This document shows, one piece after another, positions 9,429-18,587 of a DNA stretch of 63,177 nucleotides. The DNA is from Candidatus Omnitrophota bacterium (GTDB taxonomy: Bacteria; Omnitrophota; Gorgyraeia; B26-G9). Location of the stretch: contig JAZDHG010000073.1 in assembly GCA_043806135.1 (NCBI GenBank), positions 1 through 63,177 of the forward strand. The letters run 5' to 3'. Position numbers and translations under genes: made by a program. The notes under the pieces are model-generated. The model was not told the DNA's origin, did no database searches, and saw only the letters and a program-made list of their open reading frames with translations. Numbering within the stretch: position 1 is the stretch's first letter; each line of letters opens with the position of its first letter.

Positions 9429-10432
9429 TGCAGCAATTGCGTCGCGATCCGGTAATCGGCAGGTGGATAATTGTTCGCTATGATCAGATTAAAACTCCTC
9501 AGGATTATTACGCTGAGGCTGTGCAGAAAAAGCATGCCGGGAAAAAGTGCCCTTTTTGCGGCGGTAATGAAGATATAACTCCGCCGGAGATATTTGTTGA
9601 TAGAACTCCCGGGTCTAGACCGAATAAACCGGGGTGGAATTTGCGTGTGATAGCCAATAAATTTCCGGCATTACGTATAGAAGGAGATCTGGAACGCAAG
9701 GGGATTGATATATATGATCAGATGAACGGTATCGGAGCGCATGAGGTTATAATAGAGACTCCTGCGCATGAAAAGGATATCCCGGATCTAAGCATACAGG
9801 AGGTCTCGAAAATAATTCTTGCGTATAAGCAGCGCTGTATTGATCTTAAAAAGGATAAGCGCTTTGAATACATCCTTATATTTAAAAATCACGGTTTGAG
9901 TGCAGGCGCTTCTTTGGAACACTCTCATTCACAGCTGATCGCCCTGCCGATAGTGCCTAAAAAAATAAAAGAAGCGCTGCGCGGTGCTGAAAAATATTAC
10001 GGTTTTAAGGAACGATGCGTATATTGTGATATTATGCATCAGGAACTGCAGGAAAAAGAGCGGCTGGTCACTCAAAATGAACGGTTCATTGCTTTTAGTC
10101 CTTTTTTCTCCTGTACTCCATTTGAAACATGGATAATGCCAAAGGAGCATAAGAGTAATTTTTGTGACATACGTGAGGAGGACATTGATGATCTGGCGGC
10201 TATTTTAAAGGATACTTTGAACAGATTGAAAAAGGTCTTGACAGATCCTCCTTTTAATTTTATTATTAACACTGCTCCAATTCAGAATGATCAGGAACTG
10301 GATTATTACCATTGGCATATACAAATTTTGCCAAAACTCACCAAATCAGCTGGTTTTGAATGGGGAACGGGTTTTTATATTAATCCCAGCCCGCCGGAAC
10401 AGGCTGCAAAATTTTTACGTGACATTCGTTAG
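9428..10432 (+). CDS. GalT-like HIT-superfamily nucleotidyltransferase paralog 2 (intact HxHxQ)
   Basis: It has the CPFCGG zinc motif and an intact HSHSQ box (9920-9934). Its ATG overlaps the TAA of paralog 1 (TAATG). Confidence 0.85.
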   Translation: MQQLRRDPVIGRWIIVRYDQIKTPQDYYAEAVQKKHAGKKCPFCGGNEDITPPEIFVDRTPGSRPNKPGWNLRVIANKFPALRIEGDLERKGIDIYDQMNGIGAHEVIIETPAHEKDIPDLSIQEVSKIILAYKQRCIDLKKDKRFEYILIFKNHGLSAGASLEHSHSQLIALPIVPKKIKEALRGAEKYYGFKERCVYCDIMHQELQEKERLVTQNERFIAFSPFFSCTPFETWIMPKEHKSNFCDIREEDIDDLAAILKDTLNRLKKVLTDPPFNFIINTAPIQNDQELDYYHWHIQILPKLTKSAGFEWGTGFYINPSPPEQAAKFLRDIR

Positions 10433-10505
10433 TAAAAAGAAGGGGAAACTATAAACACAGATACACAAGGCAATCTCTTGGTGATCTAAAAAAGGAGGGA
10501 ATATA

Positions 10506-11510
10506 ATGGGAGTGAGAGTAGGTATTAATGGATTCGGAAGAATCGGCCGTCATGTATTTAAAATTGCTATGGAAAAAAGAAATATCGAAGTTGTGGCAAT
10601 CAATGATCTTACAAATGCAAAAACGCTTGCCCATCTTTTAAAATATGACTCTATTTACGGCCGATATGATAAACCCGTCAAAGCAGAGGGTGAAGCTATA
10701 ATTGTTGATGGAAAGAAAATCAAGATCTCTGCGATTAAAGATCCGAAACAGCTGCCCTGGAAAGAGTTAGGGGTTGATATAGTTATTGAGTCAACCGGAG
10801 TATTCAGATCAAAAGAGCAGGTAATGTGGCATGTTGAAGCAGGAGCTAAGAAAGTAATTCTGACAGTTCCTTCAAAAGATAAAATTGACAACACGATCGT
10901 TATTGGTGTAAATGATGACATGCTCAAAGCAAAGGATATCGTTGTATCTAATGCATCATGCACAACTAACTGCCTTGCGCCTATAGCTAAGGTTTTGCAT
11001 GATAACTTCGGTATAATTTGCGGTTTGATGACAACAATACATTCTTACACTAATGACCAGGTTATCCTGGATTTCCCGCACAGCGATTTAAGAAGAGCAC
11101 GTGCTGCAGCTTTATCAATGATTCCAACAACAACCGGAGCAGCGTCAGCGGTTGGGCTGGTTATTCCTGCTCTTAATGGAAAATTAAACGGCATGGCTAT
11201 CCGGGTCCCTACTCCTACAGGTTCACTTGTCGACCTGGTGGTAGAGCTGGAAAAGGACGCATCTGTTGAGGAAATCAATGCAGCGATTAAAGCAGCGGCA
11301 GAAGGAAAAATGAAAGGGATCCTTTCATATTGTGAGGATCCGATCGTATCCGCTGATGTTATTAAAGATACACATTCATCGGTATTTGATGCACTCAGCA
11401 CAATGAAAATCGGGAAAAACATGGTTAAGGTTCTTTCTTGGTATGATAATGAATGGGGATATTCAAACAGAGTTGTTGATTTGATTGATTTGATCGTGAC
11501 TAAAGGATAA
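10506..11510 (+). CDS. gap: Glyceraldehyde-3-phosphate dehydrogenase
   Basis: INGFGRIGR and the catalytic SNASCTTNCLAP motif are present. An RBS aaggaggg lies upstream. Confidence 0.95.
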   Translation: MGVRVGINGFGRIGRHVFKIAMEKRNIEVVAINDLTNAKTLAHLLKYDSIYGRYDKPVKAEGEAIIVDGKKIKISAIKDPKQLPWKELGVDIVIESTGVFRSKEQVMWHVEAGAKKVILTVPSKDKIDNTIVIGVNDDMLKAKDIVVSNASCTTNCLAPIAKVLHDNFGIICGLMTTIHSYTNDQVILDFPHSDLRRARAAALSMIPTTTGAASAVGLVIPALNGKLNGMAIRVPTPTGSLVDLVVELEKDASVEEINAAIKAAAEGKMKGILSYCEDPIVSADVIKDTHSSVFDALSTMKIGKNMVKVLSWYDNEWGYSNRVVDLIDLIVTKG

Positions 11511-11538
11511 GATCAATCCAAGATTACGGGTTAATCTC

Positions 11539-11576
11539 AAGGGGCGGAAAAGTTATTTTCTGCCCCTTGTTTTTTC
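11539..11576 (+). terminator. Rho-independent terminator after gap
   Basis: The stem aaggggc / gcccctt (11539-11545 and 11562-11568) is followed by gtttttt. Confidence 0.7.
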
Positions 11577-11655
11577 ATTTTAACTCTCCAAAAAGGTGAT
11601 TTTCAGGTTGTAAATAATGTGAAAACTGTATCGGTAACCACTCCTTTGATATTAC

Positions 11656-11684
11656 TTGACAATAGTTACCATATATGCTATCAT
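11656..11684 (+). promoter_or_regulatory. Sigma70-like promoter upstream of the HTH/secretin operon
   Basis: TTGACA (11656-11661), a 17-nt spacer, then TATCAT (11679-11684). Confidence 0.45.
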
Positions 11685-11811
11685 CAAATCAATCAAAAGT
11701 TGGTTTATTTTTAGTGGTTTTTTGCAAAAAAAAAGGATATTACCTTTTAAAAGGAGAGGTGTATTCATTTTATAAATTTTTGTATCTTTTTTTAGAAAAT
11801 ATGAGGTAGAG

Positions 11812-12051
11812 ATGGATGATATTATTACAGCAATGGACGTTGTAAGGAAATTTAATATATCTTACCAGACATTAAATCATTATACAAATTTCGGATTGCT
11901 TGATGCTATAAGGAAAAGAGGCTCCGGCAATAAGCGTTTTTATAAAACTTTAGAGGTAGAAAGCAACTTAAATAAAATAGATGATCTAAAGGGTAAAGGA
12001 TATCCTTTAAAGATAATAGCTAAGATATTGAATAATACTCCTCAGATGTAA
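11812..12051 (+). CDS. MerR/excisionase-type helix-turn-helix DNA-binding protein
   Basis: The N-terminal TAMDVVRKFNISYQTLNHYTNFGLL resembles a MerR-type HTH. 79 aa. Confidence 0.6.
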   Translation: MDDIITAMDVVRKFNISYQTLNHYTNFGLLDAIRKRGSGNKRFYKTLEVESNLNKIDDLKGKGYPLKIIAKILNNTPQM

Positions 12052-12120
12052 GCTGTCTTTCAGGGAAGGATAGACTGAAAAATGGATTTTATGGATAGGA
12101 AATCATATAGAATTATATGT

Positions 12121-12167
12121 AAAGGCTATACTTTTTTTATAAAAAAGAGTATGGCCTTTTATTTTTT
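12121..12167 (+). terminator. Terminator-like or attenuator hairpin immediately before the ExeA-like gene
   Basis: aaaggctatactttttt pairs with aaaaagagtatggcctttt (about 17 bp, one mismatch and one bulge) and is followed by a T-run. It ends ~20 nt before the RBS and ATG at 12188. Confidence 0.5.
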
Positions 12168-12187
12168 AAAGAGCTTGGGAGTGGATC

Positions 12188-13048
12188 ATGAGTTATTTTA
12201 AAATATTAGGGTTTGACAAAGAGCCTTTTTCCACAAGCCCTGATCCGGCCTTTTTCTTTGAGTCACGTGAACATGAAAAAGCACTCACAAACCTGATGAT
12301 AGAGCTGAGGTTAAAAAGAGGGCTGAACGTGATTTTGGGGGATGTCGGAACAGGAAAGACAACCTTGAGCCGAAAACTGTACCAGCTTGTTAAATCTCAG
12401 GACATGTTTTTATGCCATATGATGCTTGATCCTGCATATGAGAGCGATGAGATATTCCTAACGTCAATTGTGCGCAACTTTGATGTTCAGGTGAATAACA
12501 ATGGTCCGCGCATACTGGAGCTTAAAGAAGCTTTGGAGCGCTTTCTGTTTCAAAAGGGCGTTGAGGAAAATAAAACAGTTGTTTTGATCATTGATGAGGC
12601 TCAGAAGCTGAACGAGGTGACTCTCGAATGTCTGAGGGTGATGCTTAATTATGAGACAAATGAGTTTAAGCTGCTGCAGCTGGTACTGTTAGGGCAAATG
12701 GAGCTGCACGGTAAGGTGATCGATATACCGAATTTTGTAGATAGAATTAATTTTAAGTATACGCTTAATCCTCTTGATGAAGAAGAGACAAGTCAGATGA
12801 TTGATTTCCGTATTAAACAGGCAGGATATAAAGCGAATATGCATTTGTTTTTAGAAGGAGCGATAAACGAAATTTACAGGTATACGCATGGATACCCCAG
12901 AAGAGTTAATATGATTTGCCATAAGGCTCTTAAGCGCCTGGTAATGAATAATAAATTTGTCGTAGATGAAGTTATGATCCGTGAAATCATCAATGAAGAG
13001 GTAAAGCAAGGCTGGCATCAGTCGCCGCATCCTACAATTATAAAGTAA
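12188..13048 (+). CDS. ExeA/MshM-like AAA+ ATPase (secretin assembly type, AAA_22)
   Basis: Walker A GDVGTGKTT and Walker B VLIIDEAQ are present. The length and layout match GspA/ExeA/MshM N-domains. Confidence 0.8.
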   Translation: MSYFKILGFDKEPFSTSPDPAFFFESREHEKALTNLMIELRLKRGLNVILGDVGTGKTTLSRKLYQLVKSQDMFLCHMMLDPAYESDEIFLTSIVRNFDVQVNNNGPRILELKEALERFLFQKGVEENKTVVLIIDEAQKLNEVTLECLRVMLNYETNEFKLLQLVLLGQMELHGKVIDIPNFVDRINFKYTLNPLDEEETSQMIDFRIKQAGYKANMHLFLEGAINEIYRYTHGYPRRVNMICHKALKRLVMNNKFVVDEVMIREIINEEVKQGWHQSPHPTIIK

Positions 13049-13054
13049 TAGACT

Positions 13055-13738
13055 ATGGCAGAAAAAAATATTAGTCCTGAAAAAAAGTTGCTGAATATTA
13101 TTGAAGGCGAAGGGAATGAATCGCAGGATGTTAATTCTACGCCGGCAAGCCTGGGGAAAAAATTTTTCTCTATCGCAGCCCTTAGAGGAAGGATCTCGTT
13201 TTTAAAGGCAAAAGCATTGCAAGGTCCGGTAAGGACACCGCGTATTTCTTTTAGTTTTGCCGGATTTAATGTTCTGATGCAGTTATGCATTGTAGGGTTG
13301 GTGATTTACCTTGGCATGAGCATAAGAGTGGAGTTTTCGCGGCTTCTTAACCGTGACTGGAAAGAACAATCAGACAAAGAACCATTGATCGCAGCAGATG
13401 TAAAGGCGGTTGCTTCTTTATTACAGTCTGAGAGTTATTATTTAAATAAGGTTAAAGCCAGAAACCTGTTTGGATTTGCAGATGAGCCGGAAGAAGAAAA
13501 AATTGCTTTTAAAGAACCGGCGAAGCAAGAGCCGACTGAACTGGAAAAAATGGTAAAGAGTTTAAAGCTGGTAGGCATTTCCTGGTCAAATGACCCTGAT
13601 GCTATAATTGAAGATGAAAACGCGAAAAAGACATATTTTGTTAAAACAGGACACAAAATAAACGAGATAAGCGTGCAGGCAATTTACAGAGATAAAGTAA
13701 TTTTACATTATCTTTCTCAAGAGGTTGAATTGAGATGA
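13055..13738 (+). CDS. Bitopic membrane protein, possible ExeB/GspB/GspC-HR-like secretin partner
   Basis: It has a single TM (FNVLMQLCIVGLVIYLGMSI) and a C-terminal beta-rich domain (LKLVGISWSNDPDAIIED..YFVKTGHKI). Its position between the ExeA-like gene and a secretin, and its stop overlapping the secretin ATG, support the call. Confidence 0.4.
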   Translation: MAEKNISPEKKLLNIIEGEGNESQDVNSTPASLGKKFFSIAALRGRISFLKAKALQGPVRTPRISFSFAGFNVLMQLCIVGLVIYLGMSIRVEFSRLLNRDWKEQSDKEPLIAADVKAVASLLQSESYYLNKVKARNLFGFADEPEEEKIAFKEPAKQEPTELEKMVKSLKLVGISWSNDPDAIIEDENAKKTYFVKTGHKINEISVQAIYRDKVILHYLSQEVELR

Positions 13739-15516
13739 GAAGAATTTTTGCGTTTACAATAATATCGTTTAGCCTGATAATTGTTGTATTGACCTCTCAG
13801 GCAGCGGAACTGGCGCAGGCAATTGTTCCCGTGCCGCCAGTCCATCAGCAGGAGCTTACTCCATTATCCGGAGGTATAGAGGGGAATATATCGCTTGACT
13901 TGAGAAATATTGATATAAATGATGCTCTGAAATATTTCGCATTGAAAAGCGGACTGAACATCGTAACCACCAAATCGGTCACAGGCAGGGTAACGCTTGT
14001 AGTAGTGGAAGTCAGGGTTAAGGATGTATTTGATATTATGCTGCGTTCCAACGGATTGGCTTATGACAGATCGGGAAATATATATAATGTAATGAGTGAA
14101 GAAGAATATATGATCATTTACGGGAAAAAGTTTTCTGATATACGGCAGGTCAAGGTTTTTCGGCTGCAATATGCGATTCCCGAGAAGGTCTTCAGTTTCT
14201 TAGATACACTAAAAAGCTCAATAGGAAGGATTTTGGTTGACCAGGAATCAGGTACTGTTCTTTGCATGGACTCTCCCGAAAAACTGGCTGAGATGGAAAA
14301 GGCTCTGGAGAGCTTTGAACAGGAGAGTCTTATCAAGGTTTTCCCTTTAAATTATGCAAAAGCAAAAGATATTGAAGAACATCTCAAAGCGCGATTGGAC
14401 GACAAAAAAGTAGGATCTATAAAAGCGGATGAGCGTGCTAATCAGGTAGTAGTCCAAGCGCTGCCAATGAGAATGGAGGAGATCGAGAAACTGATCAAGA
14501 TTTTAGATAAGAAAACACTGGAAGTGCTTCTAGACGCAAAAATTGTAAAAGTCAGTTTAGGTAACGCGTCAAATGCCGGTGTTAGATGGGAGGGTCTTTT
14601 TGACCTTGCCGAGTCCAGCAATGGGGGGATGACTTATATCGGCTCAACACCCTTTTCTACGGTAGGATCGTCCTCGGATGATTGGCAATCACGAAAGTCC
14701 ACTCTTCAAGAAGTAGGATATGTAGGGTCTTATCCCGCCAGCGGGACCACATCCAACTATGCGGCGAGTAACCCGGCAATTGGTTTGGAAAACCTTAATA
14801 TCGGAGTTATTGGCGCAAACGATTTTAACGTAGTGCTGAATTACTTAACGACAGAAAATGAAGCTAAGATTCTTTCCAATCCGAAAATAGCGGTTGTTAA
14901 TAACACGGAAGCCCGCATACACGTTGGAGCACGTGAAGCATATGTTACGACTACAACAACTACCGGACAATCGACAAGCACAATATCAGAGCAGGTCAAC
15001 TTTATTGATATCGGCTTGCAGATGGATGTTATCCCGACAATAAATGAGGACGGTTTTGTCAGCTTAAAACTGAAAGCTGAGGTCAGCAGTGTAATAAGTA
15101 CATTAATTACACCTTCAAATAACAGGATACCTATTGTTGATACTTCTGTGGCTGAAACCACGGTTTTAGTGAAAGAAGGCGCAACAATAGTCATCGGAGG
15201 CTTGCGCAGGGAAGAAAAGACAAAAATTGAAAAAAGAGTTCCTATCTTAAGTAAAATACCCGGACTTGGGCAATTATTCAAAACTAAAAATGAAACTGAC
15301 AATGTTACGGAACTATTGATAATGCTGACGCCTACAATCATCAGCGGAGAGGCGCTTATCAGCGAACAGGGCAGAGAGATCGGTGTTCATAACATAAAGC
15401 CTGCGCAGGATTACGAAGCAAGTATAGAGAAAAAGGAAAGGCTAAAAGTGCTGACTCCTGCTGAGCCGGAATTCGGGGGTATGGTAATTAAAGGGTTTAG
15501 ACCGTATAATAACTAG
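13735..15516 (+). CDS. Secretin (GspD/PilQ/MshL superfamily), paralog 1
   Basis: It has a signal peptide, an N0-like domain (LDLRNIDINDALKYFALKSGLNIV) and a secretin core (ILSNPKIAVVNNTEARIHVG .. VPILSKIPGLGQLFK). Confidence 0.9.
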   Translation: MRRIFAFTIISFSLIIVVLTSQAAELAQAIVPVPPVHQQELTPLSGGIEGNISLDLRNIDINDALKYFALKSGLNIVTTKSVTGRVTLVVVEVRVKDVFDIMLRSNGLAYDRSGNIYNVMSEEEYMIIYGKKFSDIRQVKVFRLQYAIPEKVFSFLDTLKSSIGRILVDQESGTVLCMDSPEKLAEMEKALESFEQESLIKVFPLNYAKAKDIEEHLKARLDDKKVGSIKADERANQVVVQALPMRMEEIEKLIKILDKKTLEVLLDAKIVKVSLGNASNAGVRWEGLFDLAESSNGGMTYIGSTPFSTVGSSSDDWQSRKSTLQEVGYVGSYPASGTTSNYAASNPAIGLENLNIGVIGANDFNVVLNYLTTENEAKILSNPKIAVVNNTEARIHVGAREAYVTTTTTTGQSTSTISEQVNFIDIGLQMDVIPTINEDGFVSLKLKAEVSSVISTLITPSNNRIPIVDTSVAETTVLVKEGATIVIGGLRREEKTKIEKRVPILSKIPGLGQLFKTKNETDNVTELLIMLTPTIISGEALISEQGREIGVHNIKPAQDYEASIEKKERLKVLTPAEPEFGGMVIKGFRPYNN

Positions 15517-15540
15517 GTACGGGTGTTTAAAATACGATAT

Positions 15541-18500
15541 ATGAAAAATATTATGAAAATAAAAAAGAATATTATAATTTTTATCTTGTTAATATTGACG
15601 GTATTGTCTGTCAATATTTATGCTCAGGAAAAAGCCGAAGTTCCTGCTTCAGGACAGGCTGTTGTCATAGAGCAGAAGAATGAAGCGCTTTCTTCCGGAG
15701 AGGCTGACCGCGAGAAGAATGCGGAAGAACTTTCTTCAGAACAAGTGGCGATTCTCATGGAGCAGATAAACGATAATATGAATACTTTGAATGTAGAACT
15801 GGACCTGAACAGACAGGCATATGATTACCTGCTTAAAGAGTACGATGAGCTTAAAAATAAACACAAAAAAACAGAAAAGGATATAGAGCAGTTAAAATTC
15901 AAAAATGAAAAAGCGGTTGAGGACAGTAAAAATGACCAGGCGAAACTCCAGGATAGTAAAAAAGAACTGAACGAGAAAGAGCGGCAGATAAAAATACTGC
16001 GCGGCGATATAAAAGATCAATTGCTTGAGCTTGAAAAAATAAAAAAGGAAAAAGAAGCTGTTTTGACAGAAAAGGATAGTTATGCGCTTAAATTCAGCGA
16101 AATTGAAGAGAAACATAAAACAAAAGAAGGTCAAAACAAGTCTTTGCAGCAAAGTTTAACGGAAGCCGAAGAGGCAATCAAAAAGCTTGAAGCGGAAAAG
16201 GAAACGGCTTTAAAAGAAAAGCACAGTTATGCGCTTAAACTCGGCGAAAGCGAGGAAAAGCTTAAGATAAAAGAAGGAGAAATTAAATCCATCCATTTGG
16301 GGATCGCAGATGTAAATAAATCGCTGGAAGAAAAATTAGCGGCGGCTCAAGAGGAAATTAAAAAAATTAAAACGGAAAAAGAAACGATTTTAACTGAAAG
16401 ACAGGATTATGCGCTTAGGCTGGGTGAAAAAGACGCGAAGCTTCAGGCCAGAGGGGAGCAGATTGAATTCCTGCAGGAGGAGATTAAAAAACAGGGCAAA
16501 CCTTTTGAGGAGGAGTTAGCTGCAGTACAGGAAAAGGCCAAGAAACTGGAAGATGAAAAACTGGCGTTGTTGAAAGAAAAACAGGAGTATGAAATTCAGC
16601 TTAAAAAGAGCGTTGCAAAATTTGAGGAAGGAGAAATCCAGCTGCAAATAAAAGAAAAACAGCTAAGGTCTCTGCAGGCTGAATTTGCCGGAAAAGAACA
16701 GGCGCTGGCGGTAGCGCTTGTCTTAGCAGAAGAAAAGGTTAAAAATCTGGCAGCAGAGAAGCAGGAGACCTTAAAAGAAAATAAAAATTACGCGCTTAAA
16801 CTAGAAGAAATAGAAGCAAAACTTAAGGAAAAAGAAATAAAGATCGCTTCTTTTGATGCAAGGTTAAAGGACAGGGAGCAGTCGTTCAATGAAGAGATCG
16901 TGGCTGCAAATGATAAGGTTAAAAAACTGGAAGAGGAAAAAGAGACGCTGATAAAAGAAAATCAGGATTATTCGTTTAAGATAAAAACAAACCTTGCGCA
17001 GCTTAAAGCAAGTGAGGTGCAGTTAAAGGCCAGAGAAGATCAGATCACGGCCTTGCAAAAAGGTATAGAAGGTCAGGGCAGTATCCTTAAAAGTGAGCTT
17101 GTAGAGGCGCAGGATTCTATCAATGAGATCAAGAAAGAAAACAAAATATTAACAAAGGAGAATGAATCTTTCGGGAAAAAGATTAAGGCATATGAACAGC
17201 AGATAGCAGTAAAGGAAGAAGAGATAAAGGTTCTAAGTGCCAGTGCCGAAGGCCAGGATACGACACTGAGAAATGATCTGGCTGGAGCTGAAAAAACCAT
17301 AGCCGGCCTCAAGAAGCAAGCTGAGGATATACAGGCAAAAACAGAAGAAGACAAAAACCAGATGCGCAAGCTTAAAGATATGATCGCGCAAAAGGATGAA
17401 GCAATACAGCAGGAGGGAAAGATCTTTCAGCAGAAACAGGATATTTTAACTAAACAAATTGATGTGGTACAAAAGAGTTTAGAAGAAACAAAAGTGAATT
17501 TAAATGCGCAAATAGAATCTGAAAAGCAAGACAATGAATTGCTTAAGTCACAGAATAGTAAACTGGAAAATGAAAAAAAACAGCTTGCAGCCAGAATTAT
17601 GGGGCTTCAGGAAAATCAAAACATGCACGGGCAGCTTTTTGAGGTTAATCAGCAGAACATGAAGGTTGCCAAAGAGGAAATGGATTTTCTTAAAAATGAG
17701 TTAAATAAAAGGGAAGAACTTTTTAAAATAAGCAAGGAAGAATTAGCAAAACATAAATCCGACACATATCAGCTGCTTGATGAAAAAGAAAAATTACAGA
17801 ACGAGCTTCAGGAAATACGCAGGCAGGCAACAGATACAGTAAAAGAGCTTAAGCTGGCAAAAGAACTCTTGAGAGAAAAAGATCAAGATTATACCGCAAG
17901 GATTGAAAACAACAGCAAAGAGCTCAATAATCAGTTGCGTGAATTTCAGGATTTGGCCAAAGAGTTGAAAAAGGAGAACTCACTTATAAATAAGGATAAA
18001 GAGGTATATCTGGCGCAGATAGATAATCTTAAAAACATATCCGTTGAGTTGGAAAAAAAATTAACAGATATGAAAGAGCAGAAAAATGCTCTGGCAAAAG
18101 AGATGCAAGGTGTTTCTAAGCGTGAAACAAAAAGTAAAGAAAAAGGCAAAGAGCAGGAAAAATTGCTAACCTCGTACTCTGAGCATATCGATAAGCTGAC
18201 GGTGAAAATCGCGGATCTTGAAGAAAAGAACAGAAGTATGAACTTTCTTTTAAAAACTATGCCGGAAAAATTAAGCCGGCTTGAAAAAGAGTTATCGGAA
18301 CTACGGACCCAAAATGCAAGTTTGCATTATAACCTTGGAGTATTTCATACTCAAAGGCAGGAATACACTCAGGCGATTATGGAATTTGAGCAGGCTTTGA
18401 AATTTAATTACGAAGATGCCAATACGCATTATAACCTAGGGATTATTTATTCACGCTATATAATTGATGAGTTAAAAGCTATTTCGCATTTTAAGCATTA

Positions 18501-18585
18501 TCTGGCTATTGCGCCCGCGGATAAAGATTCACAGAAAGCAAAAGAGTATATTCTTATTTGGGGTGCTAAAGAGGCTGTAAATTAA
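15541..18585 (+). CDS. Signal-anchored giant coiled-coil protein with C-terminal TPR cap (about 1014 aa)
   Basis: It has an N-terminal hydrophobic segment, ~900 aa of E/K/L/Q heptad-like sequence with six ~60-aa repeats, and a C-terminal TPR pair (HYNLGVFHTQRQEY..HYNLGIIY). The start could instead be the GTG at 15523. Confidence 0.8.
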   Translation: MKNIMKIKKNIIIFILLILTVLSVNIYAQEKAEVPASGQAVVIEQKNEALSSGEADREKNAEELSSEQVAILMEQINDNMNTLNVELDLNRQAYDYLLKEYDELKNKHKKTEKDIEQLKFKNEKAVEDSKNDQAKLQDSKKELNEKERQIKILRGDIKDQLLELEKIKKEKEAVLTEKDSYALKFSEIEEKHKTKEGQNKSLQQSLTEAEEAIKKLEAEKETALKEKHSYALKLGESEEKLKIKEGEIKSIHLGIADVNKSLEEKLAAAQEEIKKIKTEKETILTERQDYALRLGEKDAKLQARGEQIEFLQEEIKKQGKPFEEELAAVQEKAKKLEDEKLALLKEKQEYEIQLKKSVAKFEEGEIQLQIKEKQLRSLQAEFAGKEQALAVALVLAEEKVKNLAAEKQETLKENKNYALKLEEIEAKLKEKEIKIASFDARLKDREQSFNEEIVAANDKVKKLEEEKETLIKENQDYSFKIKTNLAQLKASEVQLKAREDQITALQKGIEGQGSILKSELVEAQDSINEIKKENKILTKENESFGKKIKAYEQQIAVKEEEIKVLSASAEGQDTTLRNDLAGAEKTIAGLKKQAEDIQAKTEEDKNQMRKLKDMIAQKDEAIQQEGKIFQQKQDILTKQIDVVQKSLEETKVNLNAQIESEKQDNELLKSQNSKLENEKKQLAARIMGLQENQNMHGQLFEVNQQNMKVAKEEMDFLKNELNKREELFKISKEELAKHKSDTYQLLDEKEKLQNELQEIRRQATDTVKELKLAKELLREKDQDYTARIENNSKELNNQLREFQDLAKELKKENSLINKDKEVYLAQIDNLKNISVELEKKLTDMKEQKNALAKEMQGVSKRETKSKEKGKEQEKLLTSYSEHIDKLTVKIADLEEKNRSMNFLLKTMPEKLSRLEKELSELRTQNASLHYNLGVFHTQRQEYTQAIMEFEQALKFNYEDANTHYNLGIIYSRYIIDELKAISHFKHYLAIAPADKDSQKAKEYILIWGAKEAVN

Positions 18586-18587
18586 CA

